A stretch of DNA of 64,000 nucleotides from Bythopirellula sp. (lineage in GTDB: Bacteria > Planctomycetota > Planctomycetia > Pirellulales > Lacipirellulaceae), in contig OZ244170.1 in the NCBI GenBank assembly GCA_965216565.1, positions 512,001-576,000 on the forward strand, written 5' to 3'. Below the pieces are notes generated by a model. That model was not told the origin of the DNA. It saw nothing but the letters and a program-made list of their open reading frames with translations, and searched no databases. A program made the position numbers and the translations under genes. Each line of letters starts with the position of its first letter. Positions within the stretch are counted from its first letter, which is position 1. Positions 20,470 to 32,035 of this stretch are shown here, one piece after another.

Positions 20470-21915
20470 TTGGAGAAGTGTAAAAAGAGAGTAGCCGTCC
20501 GGTTGTTTACTGCAACTGTGGGCATCACATTCTTGGTCAGCTGTCGATTGACGCCCGCCCCATCTTTCAGCGCTGCAGCCCATCCAAGTTTCGATCGTTT
20601 GACATGGAAAAGCGGCACCGTTGAAATATCTGAGTTCGACAGGTCCAACGGTAACGAGCGTACTGGCAACGATCAGTTTCCTGTCGTGTCCAACTCCTCT
20701 AAACAGCTACCTCCCCAGCCAGTAGAGCACTTCATCGAAGTTGCCAAGACCGGGCATCCTCGCATACTCTCCGCTCGTGCACGGGTTTCAGCAGCGGCTA
20801 GCCGTGTCCCTCAGGTGCGCGCACTGGACGACCCCATGTTATCGAACAACTTTTACCCGATCTCGAATCAGGCGTTGCAAACGGCGTCGGGCCGTGCGGG
20901 TAACACGTTGTCGATTTCCCAGAAGTTCCCATGGCCTGAGAAACGCTGGACGAAAGCAGCAATTGCTGGACGTGAGATTCAGATTGCTAGGGCGAAACTA
21001 GCTCAAGTCGAACTGGAGATAGAAGAGCTTGTTCGTTTGGCTTACTACGAGCTCTGGTTCGCAGATAGAGCAATCGAAATCATGGAACACAATCGGTATA
21101 TTGCCTTGGAACTTGTCGCACTCGCAGGAGCTCGCAACGCTGCTGGTGGAAGCCAACAGGATGTGCTGCGTGCCGAACTGCAGCTCGGATCATTGGACGA
21201 TAGGCTAATAAAACTGCGTCTTCAAAAAGCAGTTGCACAGGCCGATTTAGCTGCTCTGACTCAACGACCGGGACTGACTGGCATTGAGCCGACTTCTGAC
21301 ATCAACGCGAACCAAATTACAGAGCGTCAAGATAAGCTCTTCGCGTTGGCAGAAGAGTGCAATCCGCGTCTCCGCGAACGGCAATGGGCAGTTTCACGCG
21401 ACCACCAGAAACGTCGTCTGGCTAATCTAGGCAGCTATCCAGACTTCATATTAGGCACTGGCTGGCAGACTGTAACTGAGAGCGACGCGGTGTCGCCGGT
21501 TGCTGACGGTCACGACAACGTCAGTTTTATGGTCGGCATTACACTGCCCCTGTGGAACAGTCGGACCGATGCTGCGATTCGAGAAGCCACTGCCCAGACC
21601 TCCGCATCATCTCGAGAGATGAATGACGCTCAAGATGATACCTTTCGGCAGATACGCCGCCTGAGAGAACGAGCTCGCGCATTCAATGAGCAACTACAAA
21701 TCTATGACAATCGCATATTGCCCCATGCTAAACGAGCACTGAAGCTTGCTTCGGCCGATTACCAGGGGCAACTCGTTGATTTTGGTGAAGTGGCTGACGG
21801 GTTTACAGATGTGCTAATGTTCGAGCTACAAGTGGCGAGAACCAAAGCCACGTTGGCGGGTACAATGGCCCAGTTATACCGAGCTGTGGGCTGTGAGGTT
21901 GGCACCGCTAGTTAG
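20470..21915 (+). CDS. Second TolC-family outer membrane efflux protein
   Basis: Paralogous to 398-1840 (LDDPML, AYYEL, SQQDVLRAEL); start uncertain. Confidence 0.85.
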   Translation: MEKCKKRVAVRLFTATVGITFLVSCRLTPAPSFSAAAHPSFDRLTWKSGTVEISEFDRSNGNERTGNDQFPVVSNSSKQLPPQPVEHFIEVAKTGHPRILSARARVSAAASRVPQVRALDDPMLSNNFYPISNQALQTASGRAGNTLSISQKFPWPEKRWTKAAIAGREIQIARAKLAQVELEIEELVRLAYYELWFADRAIEIMEHNRYIALELVALAGARNAAGGSQQDVLRAELQLGSLDDRLIKLRLQKAVAQADLAALTQRPGLTGIEPTSDINANQITERQDKLFALAEECNPRLRERQWAVSRDHQKRRLANLGSYPDFILGTGWQTVTESDAVSPVADGHDNVSFMVGITLPLWNSRTDAAIREATAQTSASSREMNDAQDDTFRQIRRLRERARAFNEQLQIYDNRILPHAKRALKLASADYQGQLVDFGEVADGFTDVLMFELQVARTKATLAGTMAQLYRAVGCEVGTAS

Positions 21916-22355
21916 TAAAGTGGTTGGTAACGCAATGGTCGGTAAGCCGGTAATCATTTTGTTGAGTAGCAGTGCTATTAGTGAATGATTCCCCCTGAAT
22001 CCCACAGAGCCAGGAGGGTTCTCTGGTAGGATGGTTTACCGGGCCTGGCCTTTGCAAGAGTAAAGTTGCAGCGACATAGCTTACTTGTGATTAACTTCCA
22101 TGCCACATGTGCGGTTAACCTTCCCATGCCGTATTTGAAAAGTAGCAACGAGATCCTCTTGTCCATTGGTGGTGAGTCCATTTCAAACAAGTCCTGTTGA
22201 TGACCATGCAACAAGCAAAGTAAAAAGCATGATAAGTATGACAATGAATCGAGGCCTAACTCTTGTAGTTCTTAGGCGGCAGTGTCGCTGCTTAACTAAC
22301 AACCTACATGCGTTTGCGAAATTTCGTTTTCTCATTTCTTACCCCTCTCTTATTT

Positions 22356-22661
22356 TCACTGAAGTAGAACTCCAAACCTTCGTTCAAGTGCAGCGAGACG
22401 ACGATGCTCTTCGTACTCTAGTTCGATTGACCTAACGCGGTTACTCTCAATAGTTAGACGTGTGGCTAGTTGGGTCACCTTTATTTGAGAGCGTATCAGT
22501 ATTGCGAGGACGCACGTTATGACACAACCCGCAAGAATCGATGCTGTTGCAATAGAGTAAGCTGTGGCCACGCGATAGAGCACACTTCCAAGTAGAGTTG
22601 CTCCAATAGGCGACCCAAAGAATTGTATCAGCTTACTTTTTTTCTTCACCCTATGCCGCAT
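22356..22661 (-). CDS. Small hypothetical membrane protein
   Basis: Two hydrophobic segments; coupled to the upstream ORF. Confidence 0.45.
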   Translation of the reverse strand: MRHRVKKKSKLIQFFGSPIGATLLGSVLYRVATAYSIATASILAGCVITCVLAILIRSQIKVTQLATRLTIESNRVRSIELEYEEHRRLAALERRFGVLLQ

Positions 22662-23028
22662 CCCTGACTATGAGTTCTGTAGGTTTGACTGCATCTTTAT
22701 TACCAACAGCATTTGCAGAGTGCTTGGTATGCTCCTTTTGGACCTCTTGGATAGCTAATTCAGGATGTGCCTGATGTCGTTCTATGAAATCACACGCTTC
22801 ATCTATCGCTTTGTGGAGACTTCCTCGATTACGAGCTAAGAAGCGTTGTGGCAACCTAATTTTACCTTTGTGCTTTGATTGATGAACTCTATGCAAGGTG
22901 AAGTCGAGATACGTGAAGCCTCCATTAGTCTCTTTTAGAGAAACAAGTGCAAGAACGTCTTTGCAGTCCATAGGCATTTCATTATTGCTGCTATTGTTAG
23001 TCTTTACTTTCCTTACTTTCGATGACAT
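22651..23028 (-). CDS. Hypothetical protein
   Basis: GGAGG RBS before ATG 23028; weak resemblance to 43659-43898. Confidence 0.55.
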   Translation of the reverse strand: MSSKVRKVKTNNSSNNEMPMDCKDVLALVSLKETNGGFTYLDFTLHRVHQSKHKGKIRLPQRFLARNRGSLHKAIDEACDFIERHQAHPELAIQEVQKEHTKHSANAVGNKDAVKPTELIVRDAA

Positions 23029-23424
23029 TGCACCTTCCTCCTGTAAAAAGTTTCGCATGTTGTGGTGGAGGTGGATGGTGATGTTGCATAGCAGGTGAGT
23101 AAATCGAAAGTTTGCCTGTGGATCGCAACACCTACTTAGGATGATGCGGCGAGTTCTAATACTGCACATGAATGAGCATTCGGAAGGTGGCACGCTAGTG
23201 CGTGCCGCAACAACCATAAATTGGGCAACACCCAATAAAGGAATCTACAAGCGACGCCGCTTTCGCGGTTGTTGCGGCACGTCGCCTTAAGCGACACAAA
23301 GCCAAGGATGCACATAACATGGGCTCATTGGCTTTCTGCTGAATGAGTTGTTTGAAGGAAGTGAATTGAGCTGTATAATCGATTGCTCGATTTTGTAACT
23401 CCTCACATGTCCTGGGTGGGTGCC

Positions 23425-26400
23425 ATGCCCGACCATCCAACAAACTACTCTGACGCAGAGCTAATACAGACGTTTCCACTAGGTTCTGAGAACAAGTGTT
23501 TCTTGTGGAAACGATCTGAAGTAGCTGATTCAAGGAGCGGTATCACATTCGCCGAATCGTGGTACGAGCTAACCTTCGGTGACTCGATTCCGAGCCGCTC
23601 CTCTTACCTTGAGGACCTAGAACTAACGGACCTTGACTCCGAAGAGGCAAACTTAGGGAGCCAGGCGTTGCACCAGGTAGATGCAAAGCTTGGTGTCATA
23701 TCAGCCTTTGAATGGATTGCGAATCACCCTCTAAATTTTCTTCACCCACCAATTGGTGATAGTCGAAAGGCAGAGTTACGCCCTCAAGATTTGGGTGTAC
23801 TAAGCCTTGAGGAGCAAGCCAGAGTAAACTTACCTGCTGAGCAGTTAGAGGTCGTACATGAAGGTGAGCCAATAGAAATGCCTTGGCAACGTCCCGACTC
23901 AGAGCTTGCCCACGAGGTCACATTTACAGAAGGCCGCAATTGTTATGTCTGGAAGTGTTGGGAGCATAAGACGCTAAATGAACACGGAGAACTGGGGGCT
24001 TATTGCTGGTACGAGCTAACCTATGGCTATAAGCCCTTTGAGTCGATTTACTCTGAGTTCGCAAGCGAACTATCTGAGAGATTTAGTGACAAAATTCTAG
24101 AGCTGGGTGCAACCGAATCGAACAGGTGGATTAGACGTCATTCAACACCTGCCCTATATCCAATTCAGCAACACCAGAACCGAGAGCATGCAACACTAAA
24201 TCGTGCAGAAGACATTTCTCATATCCGAAAAGATCCTGAGTACGTCATTAAACATATGACGATTGACGGTAAGTGGGTAGATGTTGCTGGTGATGTAAAT
24301 CGAAACGAAGCTATTAGAAAATCCATCGAATATGTGCTGGCTCAAACCATAGCTACTGGTGAAGTCCCTTTGATGCATGTTGCTTATGGAGGTGGGACTC
24401 CAGAAGAAATGGTGGAAGGAAAAGAGCTACTAAAACATATTGAGCTTGATGCTCTTGGCCCTAAAGAGAGAGCGGCATTTAGCATTCTTGAGACACATCG
24501 AGGAGAGATAGAACAAGGGGATGGACCCACATCAGAGAAGACGTTTTTCCTTAACCTTGCTCTCGACTCAGACAATCACATATCAATTCTAAGCTATGAG
24601 ACTGAGCAGCGTTGCCTCTCATATGGGGCCCAACTCTACGCTGCACATACACTAGAGTTTGACCGGGAGCCTGCTCTTTATCTCTCCGAAGAGCCGGAAG
24701 GTCGCGGGGTTCTTATTCCAAGAGATATTCTATTAGAGAATTTAAGACATTTACCACTTTCCGAGGATATGGAACGTCTTCTCTCAGTAACCCTTGCTGA
24801 CCGTTCTGAAGAGCATAAGTTCCACGCAACAACGCTTGATAGTGCGATAGAAGACTCTAGGCTTAGTCCGACAGATGAGAATTATGACGTTGGAGCACAG
24901 CATACGATTGAAGTTAACAGGGACTTGCTTTGTTTGATTGATCGCCATGATGTACCTGAGGTGAAACCTGCCTATGTGGTCTCTTTCTTTAATCCAAGAG
25001 AAGGCTACCCAGAGGCAGTGAATGGTGGGCATCCAGACGTAAAGAAAGCTATTGAGCTTGCTGAGCGATGGATAGGTAGTGACGCGGCACAGGAGGTTCT
25101 GGCAGGACCACCTGACGCCACTTATGAGACAACTAGAGAGCATGTTGACGATTCACGAACTCACGACGCACAAGTTCCACCGGAATCAACTCACTCCCCC
25201 ACCCTCTGGCCAATCTTAAGACCAGAACAAGATGCTGAACCAAGCCTTTCAAACCCACTCGTTGGGTACATTTCAAGTGACAAATTAGAAGAAGCACAGC
25301 AGATTCTTCCAGAAGCTCTTGGCTACGAAGAGCACGCTCAAGCGTTCCCTGAGCCTGAGCACTACCAAGCAATTACAGATAGAGTTCAGCCGTACGTTCT
25401 TTGGACAGTGAATGAGCAAGGCTTAGCAACCAGTTATACGAGTGCGGAAGATTTACTCTCAGTTACCGATGTACACGAACGGTACCTTGATAACTGGTCA
25501 AAGGTAGAGCATGAGGAGGGTGTTAGTTGTCCAGCCCTAGTGATTACTCAATGGGACTTTGCCCGGGGTCGGCCAACTGAGATTCAACTAGAAGAGGTCC
25601 AAGACCAGCACGAGCACAAAGAGTTTGATGAATCAGTGCTTGGACGGCACGTTCCTGAGTCTGAGATTGAGGCAGCAAGAGAACGTACGAGGCCCCTTGA
25701 GGAGAGACTTGGGAGCTTTCAGCAGACCCAGGAGCCGGGCCAAGTAACTTATCGGTTTGCGGTGTGGGAGCAAAATGAGAATGGCACAGTTACCTGTCGC
25801 AGCCATTCTGCTGACTACGACGATATAAAGTCTCAAGCCGTTGACTACGCACTTGAAGAGCGAAGAGTGGGACGCCCTCTGCCGTCACTGCTACTAACAG
25901 AACTACGTACAGATAAAGAGCCGCCATCTCAAGAAATCACGATGGAGAATCTTTCTGAGATTAGTCGTCCGCTTAATTTCGATCTCGATCAAGAGATTGA
26001 AGCCCAACATCCTGTAGCTGAATTTTCTCGACCGGAACCAAGAGACGCCCCACCCTATCGCTACGTTCGCCTTCAAGCTGACCGCGAAGTTAAGCCAGGA
26101 GATTATCTGGCCGTAGAGCGTGTTGGAAGTGAGCGAGAAGAAGTTGGTTTTTTTCGAGTTGATGGAGTAAGTGATCGAGAGCTACTACGGATTGAGTCTA
26201 AATGGGCTTTACTTAACGCTGAGACGAATCAGGTTCACTCAGTACACGATGAATTTGACGTTGCCAAAGTTACTCTAGACTCCCTAAATGATGCGTATCA
26301 TCAAGAGATAAATGAACTAAGAAACCAAGAATTACCGGGAATTCCACATAGGGAGCAAGAGTTACCACGTGACTATGAGCCGATTGATCAAGTGCGAATG

Positions 26401-26994
26401 TTCCCGCTAAAGAGCATAGAGGAAATAAAGCCTGGTGACTACTTAGTTACGTCACGAACTGGTCCTGGAGGCATCGAAGTAGCCCATGAACGTAGTGGCC
26501 CAACTTTGGCAGGCAAGCTCTTAAATACTCGATTTGTTCTTCTTACTCCTACCAATCAAGTCGTAGCACGTGGATTTGACGTTGAAGAACTAGAACGAAT
26601 CAAAGAGGCGTGCAATCGAGAAGAACTCTCGCCAGACTCAGTGATGTATCCAGAGCGAACTGTTGACCCCGCTGATTACACCTACGACCAGCTCCATGGT
26701 GAAGTGAAGACTGCAACTGTATATCGAGAAGTGGAGGATGGTAAATGGCAAGAGATTTCCACACTTGAAGTAACTGGATTTGAAGAGGTGCTAGATTTAG
26801 CTGTTATTGAGAACCCAGCTATTGATCATCGTGTCCTTAACTGTTCGGAACAGACTCTATTAGATCAGGGTGATGTAATTGTGATTGATGAAGAGTCGTG
26901 GCAATTAGGTGAAAACGTAAGTCTTGAGCCAACACCAGCAGGTTTCTTAGAGTGGCAAAAACAACGAGAGCATGATTATGACCACGAAATATAG
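23425..26994 (+). CDS. Large acidic multidomain protein with internal duplications
   Basis: About 1190 aa, Glu-rich; duplicated motifs WYELTFG/WYELTYG and VKPGDYL/IKPGDYL. Confidence 0.75.
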   Translation: MPDHPTNYSDAELIQTFPLGSENKCFLWKRSEVADSRSGITFAESWYELTFGDSIPSRSSYLEDLELTDLDSEEANLGSQALHQVDAKLGVISAFEWIANHPLNFLHPPIGDSRKAELRPQDLGVLSLEEQARVNLPAEQLEVVHEGEPIEMPWQRPDSELAHEVTFTEGRNCYVWKCWEHKTLNEHGELGAYCWYELTYGYKPFESIYSEFASELSERFSDKILELGATESNRWIRRHSTPALYPIQQHQNREHATLNRAEDISHIRKDPEYVIKHMTIDGKWVDVAGDVNRNEAIRKSIEYVLAQTIATGEVPLMHVAYGGGTPEEMVEGKELLKHIELDALGPKERAAFSILETHRGEIEQGDGPTSEKTFFLNLALDSDNHISILSYETEQRCLSYGAQLYAAHTLEFDREPALYLSEEPEGRGVLIPRDILLENLRHLPLSEDMERLLSVTLADRSEEHKFHATTLDSAIEDSRLSPTDENYDVGAQHTIEVNRDLLCLIDRHDVPEVKPAYVVSFFNPREGYPEAVNGGHPDVKKAIELAERWIGSDAAQEVLAGPPDATYETTREHVDDSRTHDAQVPPESTHSPTLWPILRPEQDAEPSLSNPLVGYISSDKLEEAQQILPEALGYEEHAQAFPEPEHYQAITDRVQPYVLWTVNEQGLATSYTSAEDLLSVTDVHERYLDNWSKVEHEEGVSCPALVITQWDFARGRPTEIQLEEVQDQHEHKEFDESVLGRHVPESEIEAARERTRPLEERLGSFQQTQEPGQVTYRFAVWEQNENGTVTCRSHSADYDDIKSQAVDYALEERRVGRPLPSLLLTELRTDKEPPSQEITMENLSEISRPLNFDLDQEIEAQHPVAEFSRPEPRDAPPYRYVRLQADREVKPGDYLAVERVGSEREEVGFFRVDGVSDRELLRIESKWALLNAETNQVHSVHDEFDVAKVTLDSLNDAYHQEINELRNQELPGIPHREQELPRDYEPIDQVRMFPLKSIEEIKPGDYLVTSRTGPGGIEVAHERSGPTLAGKLLNTRFVLLTPTNQVVARGFDVEELERIKEACNREELSPDSVMYPERTVDPADYTYDQLHGEVKTATVYREVEDGKWQEISTLEVTGFEEVLDLAVIENPAIDHRVLNCSEQTLLDQGDVIVIDEESWQLGENVSLEPTPAGFLEWQKQREHDYDHEI

Positions 26995-27069
26995 GCTGAT
27001 TTTGTTGCGATACTTCCTAAGTTCGGGCACCATATAAGAGCAGGTAATTGTTTTTATTTGGAGGTGCTA

Positions 27070-27549
27070 ATGGTTGGGCTCAAGGATGAGTGTTCTTTTC
27101 AAAAAGCGATTAAAGCTGGAATGCTAGTTGATGTCACAGAGGTTCGAAAAAGAATTTACCCTCCTGATTGGAAACACTCTCCGTACAAAGGCCCGAAGAG
27201 ATTTATTGCCTTTAGTCGTTCACTTTGGGATTTGCACGTCGCAACAGAGACTCCACGTAATCCAGAGACTGAAGATGTAAGATTACGGCAAATCATGGCC
27301 GGGATTGCAGTTGATCTTCGACGTGGGCGATATGTCAATAAACCGGGCCGAAAATCGTTTTTTGAATATCGCCCAGGCGGACCCACGGTGATTAATGATA
27401 ACCCATGTGAGTATTACGTTGACCCCAATGTGGAAAAGCACCTCCTGTGTGTCCGCATTGTAAAAGGTGGCTCGGTCTATATGCTTGCAGATGAGGAACT
27501 AGACTGGGATGCACCGCGTGTACCGGGTGGGAATTTCTTCACAATGTAA
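27070..27549 (+). CDS. DUF6573-like hypothetical protein
   Basis: GGAGG RBS; KAIKAGMLVDVT...RL...MLADE pattern (family assignment from memory). Confidence 0.55.
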   Translation: MVGLKDECSFQKAIKAGMLVDVTEVRKRIYPPDWKHSPYKGPKRFIAFSRSLWDLHVATETPRNPETEDVRLRQIMAGIAVDLRRGRYVNKPGRKSFFEYRPGGPTVINDNPCEYYVDPNVEKHLLCVRIVKGGSVYMLADEELDWDAPRVPGGNFFTM

Positions 27550-28678
27550 TAAAGAATTTTTAGCTAACAATGCCCATTCTGCTCCGGCTAGCTGATTCCA
27601 GCGTCGACGAGTCCCACCGCTTGTGGAATCTGCCTGAATCTGAGCCTGGGATAAAGAGCGAATCGAAACAGATTCTACATAGCTCGAACGTGCCTCAGCG
27701 TTTCACTGTGCAGGTTAGAAGCTGCCCTCCAATGGGACAAAATAAACCAACTGCTGCCGACGAGCAACACATGCCCGCTCTTCAATATCCCCCGATGAAT
27801 TTGAACGTCATCTGGCAAAACCCAACGAGTTCACTTTCGCTAATCTCCGCTGAATCAGCCGTAGTGGGCGATGTATCGTGATGGTATTTCTTCGAGTAAT
27901 CGTTAATGCTCGTTAGCTCATCGAGCTGTACTCCTTGCATCGTTGCAAGCGGCTCGCCAGGGGTAGCTTCACGAATCTGTTTAATAAAGTCTCCAAGCCA
28001 TTTGCCTTCACCAAATTCAGTAGGGAATCGCATTCTAAGAAAGCCCTCAAGAACTGGGCGTATCTTGCGTACGATACTACGAGGTTCACCGAGGTTGCGT
28101 TCAACGAATGCGTGCAAATCGAAGTAGTCTTGAGCGTATCCAGATCGAGTTGCTTCTTCAATATCCCATTGGGCAATCGTGGCATCATCTCGGCCTTCTC
28201 TTGCTACCTGCAGTGTCTTTACACTTGCATGCTCGTGATTGTCATAGACGAGCTTCAAGAACAGCGGGTCATGCGACAGAACAACAACTTGCTTGCACTG
28301 GTTGTGAGTGTTGGAGATAAGCTGCTGCGTTCGCGTTCTCCTAAACCGGTCTTGGCTCGTAAACGGGTCGTCAAAAACGACGACCATATCTTTGTAGCTT
28401 GGCTCCTGCTCAAGCTGGGCCAAAAAGAAAGCAAGGGCAAGCGTGCTTCTGTCCCCAGCACTCAGTGTGCAGCCGAAGCGAGGCTTCCCACGGGGCTCAG
28501 TTGGGTCACCAACAGCAACTCTCTCGTTTCGGATGAGAATCTCGAAAGTGGAGCTTGGCTGTCCGCCAGGGTATTGTGACCGCAGATCCGCAAGACGAAA
28601 TGAGGCTCGGAACTCATCAAGTAAATCATTGATTCTATCGCAGTAGGTGTTGAATACAGTTGCAGAATACTCATCAAG

Positions 28679-29700
28679 GGCCTTGCTTCCTAAATCCAGA
28701 GTGACATTGGCATGCCGAGGGTGACGAACCAGTTGAGTAGTTTTGCGCGGATTGCAACTTCGGTTTTTTGATTCGGTGGTTCGCGGTTTTTCAGGCGGTC
28801 TCCAAAAGCGCTTTTGAAGCGACTGACGGCGGTTTCCGCCAGGCTGCGGCGGTGATAGCCGACCGCTTCATTCCACGCCTCGCGACCGTTCCGTTGGATT
28901 TCTTGAATCGACGCGTCGCGTTCCCAGGACCGATTGCCCGGATCGGCTTTGGCGTTCTTGCGCGGCGGGATGATCGCCCAGGCGGAACGTTTTTCCAGAG
29001 CATCGTAGACTTTCTGTTGATCGTAGGCACCATCGCCGTAAAACGTATCCAGCAGTGCGTCGACTTGATCCAGCAGTGGCAACGCCGCCGTGCCGTCATG
29101 CGTGCGCGAGTCGGTTAGCAACTGGGCAAGGATCGCATGCGAGTCGGGGTCGACCGCCAGGTGGACTTTTCGCCAAACGCGACGTTTTCCGTAGCCGTGC
29201 TGACGCACCTTCCATTCGCCTTCGCCGTAGATTTTTAACCCCGTGCTGTCGACCACCACATCCACCGGCCCCTGGACCTTCGCCAGTGAGATTGAGATGT
29301 TCAGCTTGCCGGCTCGTTTCACCAGGCTAGTGTGGTGGGGGATCGGAATCTCGACACGCATCAGCTTCGCCAATGCTCGGCCCAAACCTTCCGTTTGGCG
29401 ATAGGGCAAGCGAAACAACTCGCGGAGCGTCAGCAAGGTTTCGATCGCTAGGTCACTGTAAGTGAACGGTCGGCCACGACGCACTTCGGAGTTGTCGTGT
29501 TCCCATTGGTCGATCACGTCATCGGAAAACCAATAGGTGATATCGCCGCGGCGCACGAGGGACTCGTTATACTCGCTCCAGTTAGCGACACGATACGACT
29601 TCTTCTCGCTGCTAGCCGTCATAATACGCTCCGTCTCAAAGAAAAGGGATCCATCCAGATCCTAAATACGGGCGATTGAGCGGATTTGTTCAGCAAGGCC
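28679..29700 (-). mobile_element. IS5-family (IS903-like) insertion sequence, 1022 bp
   Basis: 19-bp imperfect terminal inverted repeats GGCCTTGCT-N4-AAATCC; 9-bp TSD CTCATCAAG at 28670-28678 and 29701-29709. Confidence 0.95.
28690..29622 (-). CDS. IS5-family DDE transposase
   Basis: NWSEYNESLVRRG, VDSTG, GDGAYD, YHRRSLAET. Confidence 0.95.
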   Translation of the reverse strand: MTASSEKKSYRVANWSEYNESLVRRGDITYWFSDDVIDQWEHDNSEVRRGRPFTYSDLAIETLLTLRELFRLPYRQTEGLGRALAKLMRVEIPIPHHTSLVKRAGKLNISISLAKVQGPVDVVVDSTGLKIYGEGEWKVRQHGYGKRRVWRKVHLAVDPDSHAILAQLLTDSRTHDGTAALPLLDQVDALLDTFYGDGAYDQQKVYDALEKRSAWAIIPPRKNAKADPGNRSWERDASIQEIQRNGREAWNEAVGYHRRSLAETAVSRFKSAFGDRLKNREPPNQKTEVAIRAKLLNWFVTLGMPMSLWI

Positions 29701-31529
29701 CTCATCAAGTTCGGCCTTAGCTTCGTTCTTCTCCGTTTCTATCTCGCTCTTACGTGCAGTGAGTGCCGCGTACTCATCGCACTTTGCGGCTACAGTATCC
29801 TCGTATCGTACTTTCGCCGCTGCTACAATCGACGCTTCCTTTGCTTTTGCGGCTAGGTCGCCTCCACTTGTCGCTTGCTTTCGCTCTTCGATTGCCGCGT
29901 TAACATGTCGCACGATCTCATTGTAAGCATCGGCATTCTTCCGAACCTGTTCAACGAGAGCTACCGCCTCATCGTAATCCGTTCCAGGTATCACCATTTC
30001 CAGCGGAGTCTCCGCTTTCTGCGTGGCGTACTTACCTGCAGCTTCACGAAAAGCCAAAAGGGCTTTACGCCAATCATAGTCTTCAGGAAGTTCCGGTTCG
30101 GAATCCAGCTCAACGAACTCTTTCCAGAATGTTGCCCCTTGATGATTACTTTCCACCGTCGTACCGATGCGTTCAATGACCATATCGGTAAACGCTTTGG
30201 CAACATCACCTTTCATGGCTGATGCGTTGTCCTTTAACGTCGTATAGGCCTCACTGAAATACTCTCGGTACGCCTGAATCACTTGATTCGCTGTCAGGCC
30301 CTCGCCGCAGAATGGGCAAGTCTCGTCTTTGATGTATTTCAGCCCTTGTTCAGCCCACCCGTGAGAAGCGTTTGCCGCAGAGTGTGCTAGATGTTCTCGC
30401 ACCTTTGCTTCTGCATCCGCCGATACGTCCGGCAGTTGTTGCTTGAGCAACTCTTCATAACCGGATGGGAGCGACGGTACGATAATCTCCTTGAGAGATG
30501 CAGCCTCAGCAATGTCCTTTGCTCGTTTCAATGCGACTATCTCTGCCTCTAACGAAACGAGCTGTTCGTCAGCTTGCGGGTTCTCAGCAAGAGGTAAGAA
30601 TTCTTCGAGAGTGACTCCTTTGGGTATAGCAGCTTTCAATTCTGCCGTGACGCCTCTCAGGTCTTTGGCTACCTGACGGCTTTCGCTATCGAGGTCTGCA
30701 ATTTTCTGGTTGAGGTCAACACCTTGCTTGCCAACAATAACACGGTGAAGATTCTTCTTATGCTCGTGGGCAACGAAGTCCCCAGCGTAAACATTTTCGT
30801 GTACGTAGCAAGAATCAAAGACCGTGAGTTCAGGAAAATTCGTATCCCAAGAACCGTCTTCGAATGCTGGCGTTCCGGAATCTGTCAGAAACTTGATTTC
30901 TGGAGCTTCACTCGTACCGAGTCGTTGTCTTTCGCTGATGTAGCTCGCGTCGCCAGTCGCAAGCGAACGTAGCACTCCACAAAGAGTGGTCTTACCGCGA
31001 CCATTCTCGCCGAAAATAAGCGTTAGGCCACGGAACTCCACATCACCCGCTGCCTTGCAGTCAGCAAACTTGCCAACGTTCTTTATCCCGATAACTTTCT
31101 TGAGCACAGCTAGAACCTTCCCAATTGGGTCCGAAGAGCTTTACTGCATATCGCCCAGAGTAAGCGAGTGCTGCCAGTATTATCCAGACCACCTAGTGTC
31201 AACGCGGGAGCTTAGAAGCGGACGCGACCTCCACCCCCTAACACACGCAAACGATAACAGACGACTGATGATACCGGATTTACTACGTGTCCTCAAATCG
31301 GCACGTCGAGGCTCGCTGATTCTTCCCTCTCCTTTGATTTCCCTTCTACTACTTCCCCTTACCCTGCCTACAACGTTCGTGTTGCCAGCGGACCACTTTC
31401 AATTCCCCCTGCGGCCAAACCTTGCCTCTATTGGCTCGGCAAAAGACAAGGTTGTTCCACAGCTGATAGTGAAATGCTTCACAGTTAATCTCTGGAACGG
31501 TATGTGAGGGATAAGAGGGGTGTAGTGTA

Positions 31530-31991
31530 ATGAATATCAAGATAGAAAAGTATGTTGCACACGATCTAACTAGCGAAACGTTACGAATAAGCCAAGGGGA
31601 GCAGAGCATTGGCCGTCTACGTGACAGACCTGGACTAATCAATGTTACGGGGTGGAGTACGCCTGAAATGGGCTTCTCCCGTGACAAGCGACGTAGAACA
31701 CGAGTAATGATAACTCCACAAGTGATGCGGGCCCTAGAAGACATCCCTCAATCGATGATCTTCTTACAAACCCTTCGCGGACGCGGAGGCCAGCTTGTAA
31801 TTCTTGCAGCTAGAGCGTTAATCAGAGCTAGGCGGTTTAAGAACGCTGAAGATGCAACCTTTATCTATCCACTCCCAGTGGATGATGAGGAGTATGAGGA
31901 CGCAAGACTTTTTAGAGTCGAGTATGTTGAGAACACTTACGGTAGACCGAGTGCTGTAATTGGGTTCTCAGCTGAGCATCAGGCACTCTAA
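31530..31991 (+). CDS. Hypothetical protein
   Basis: GAGGGG RBS; 153-aa ORF. Confidence 0.55.
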   Translation: MNIKIEKYVAHDLTSETLRISQGEQSIGRLRDRPGLINVTGWSTPEMGFSRDKRRRTRVMITPQVMRALEDIPQSMIFLQTLRGRGGQLVILAARALIRARRFKNAEDATFIYPLPVDDEEYEDARLFRVEYVENTYGRPSAVIGFSAEHQAL

Positions 31992-32035
31992 CTTTACCCC
32001 CTCGTACGCGGCACTTGAAGGTGTCGCGTACATTT

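Larger units (their letters stand above)
27782..31107 (-). pseudogene. RloC/AAA_13-like SMC-type ATPase-nuclease disrupted by an IS5
   Basis: Walker A GENGRGKT, zinc hook CPFC; beyond the IS: LSAGD, VVVFDDP, LSHD, NDYSKKYHH. Removing the IS and one TSD gives an in-frame 764-aa ORF. Confidence 0.85.
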
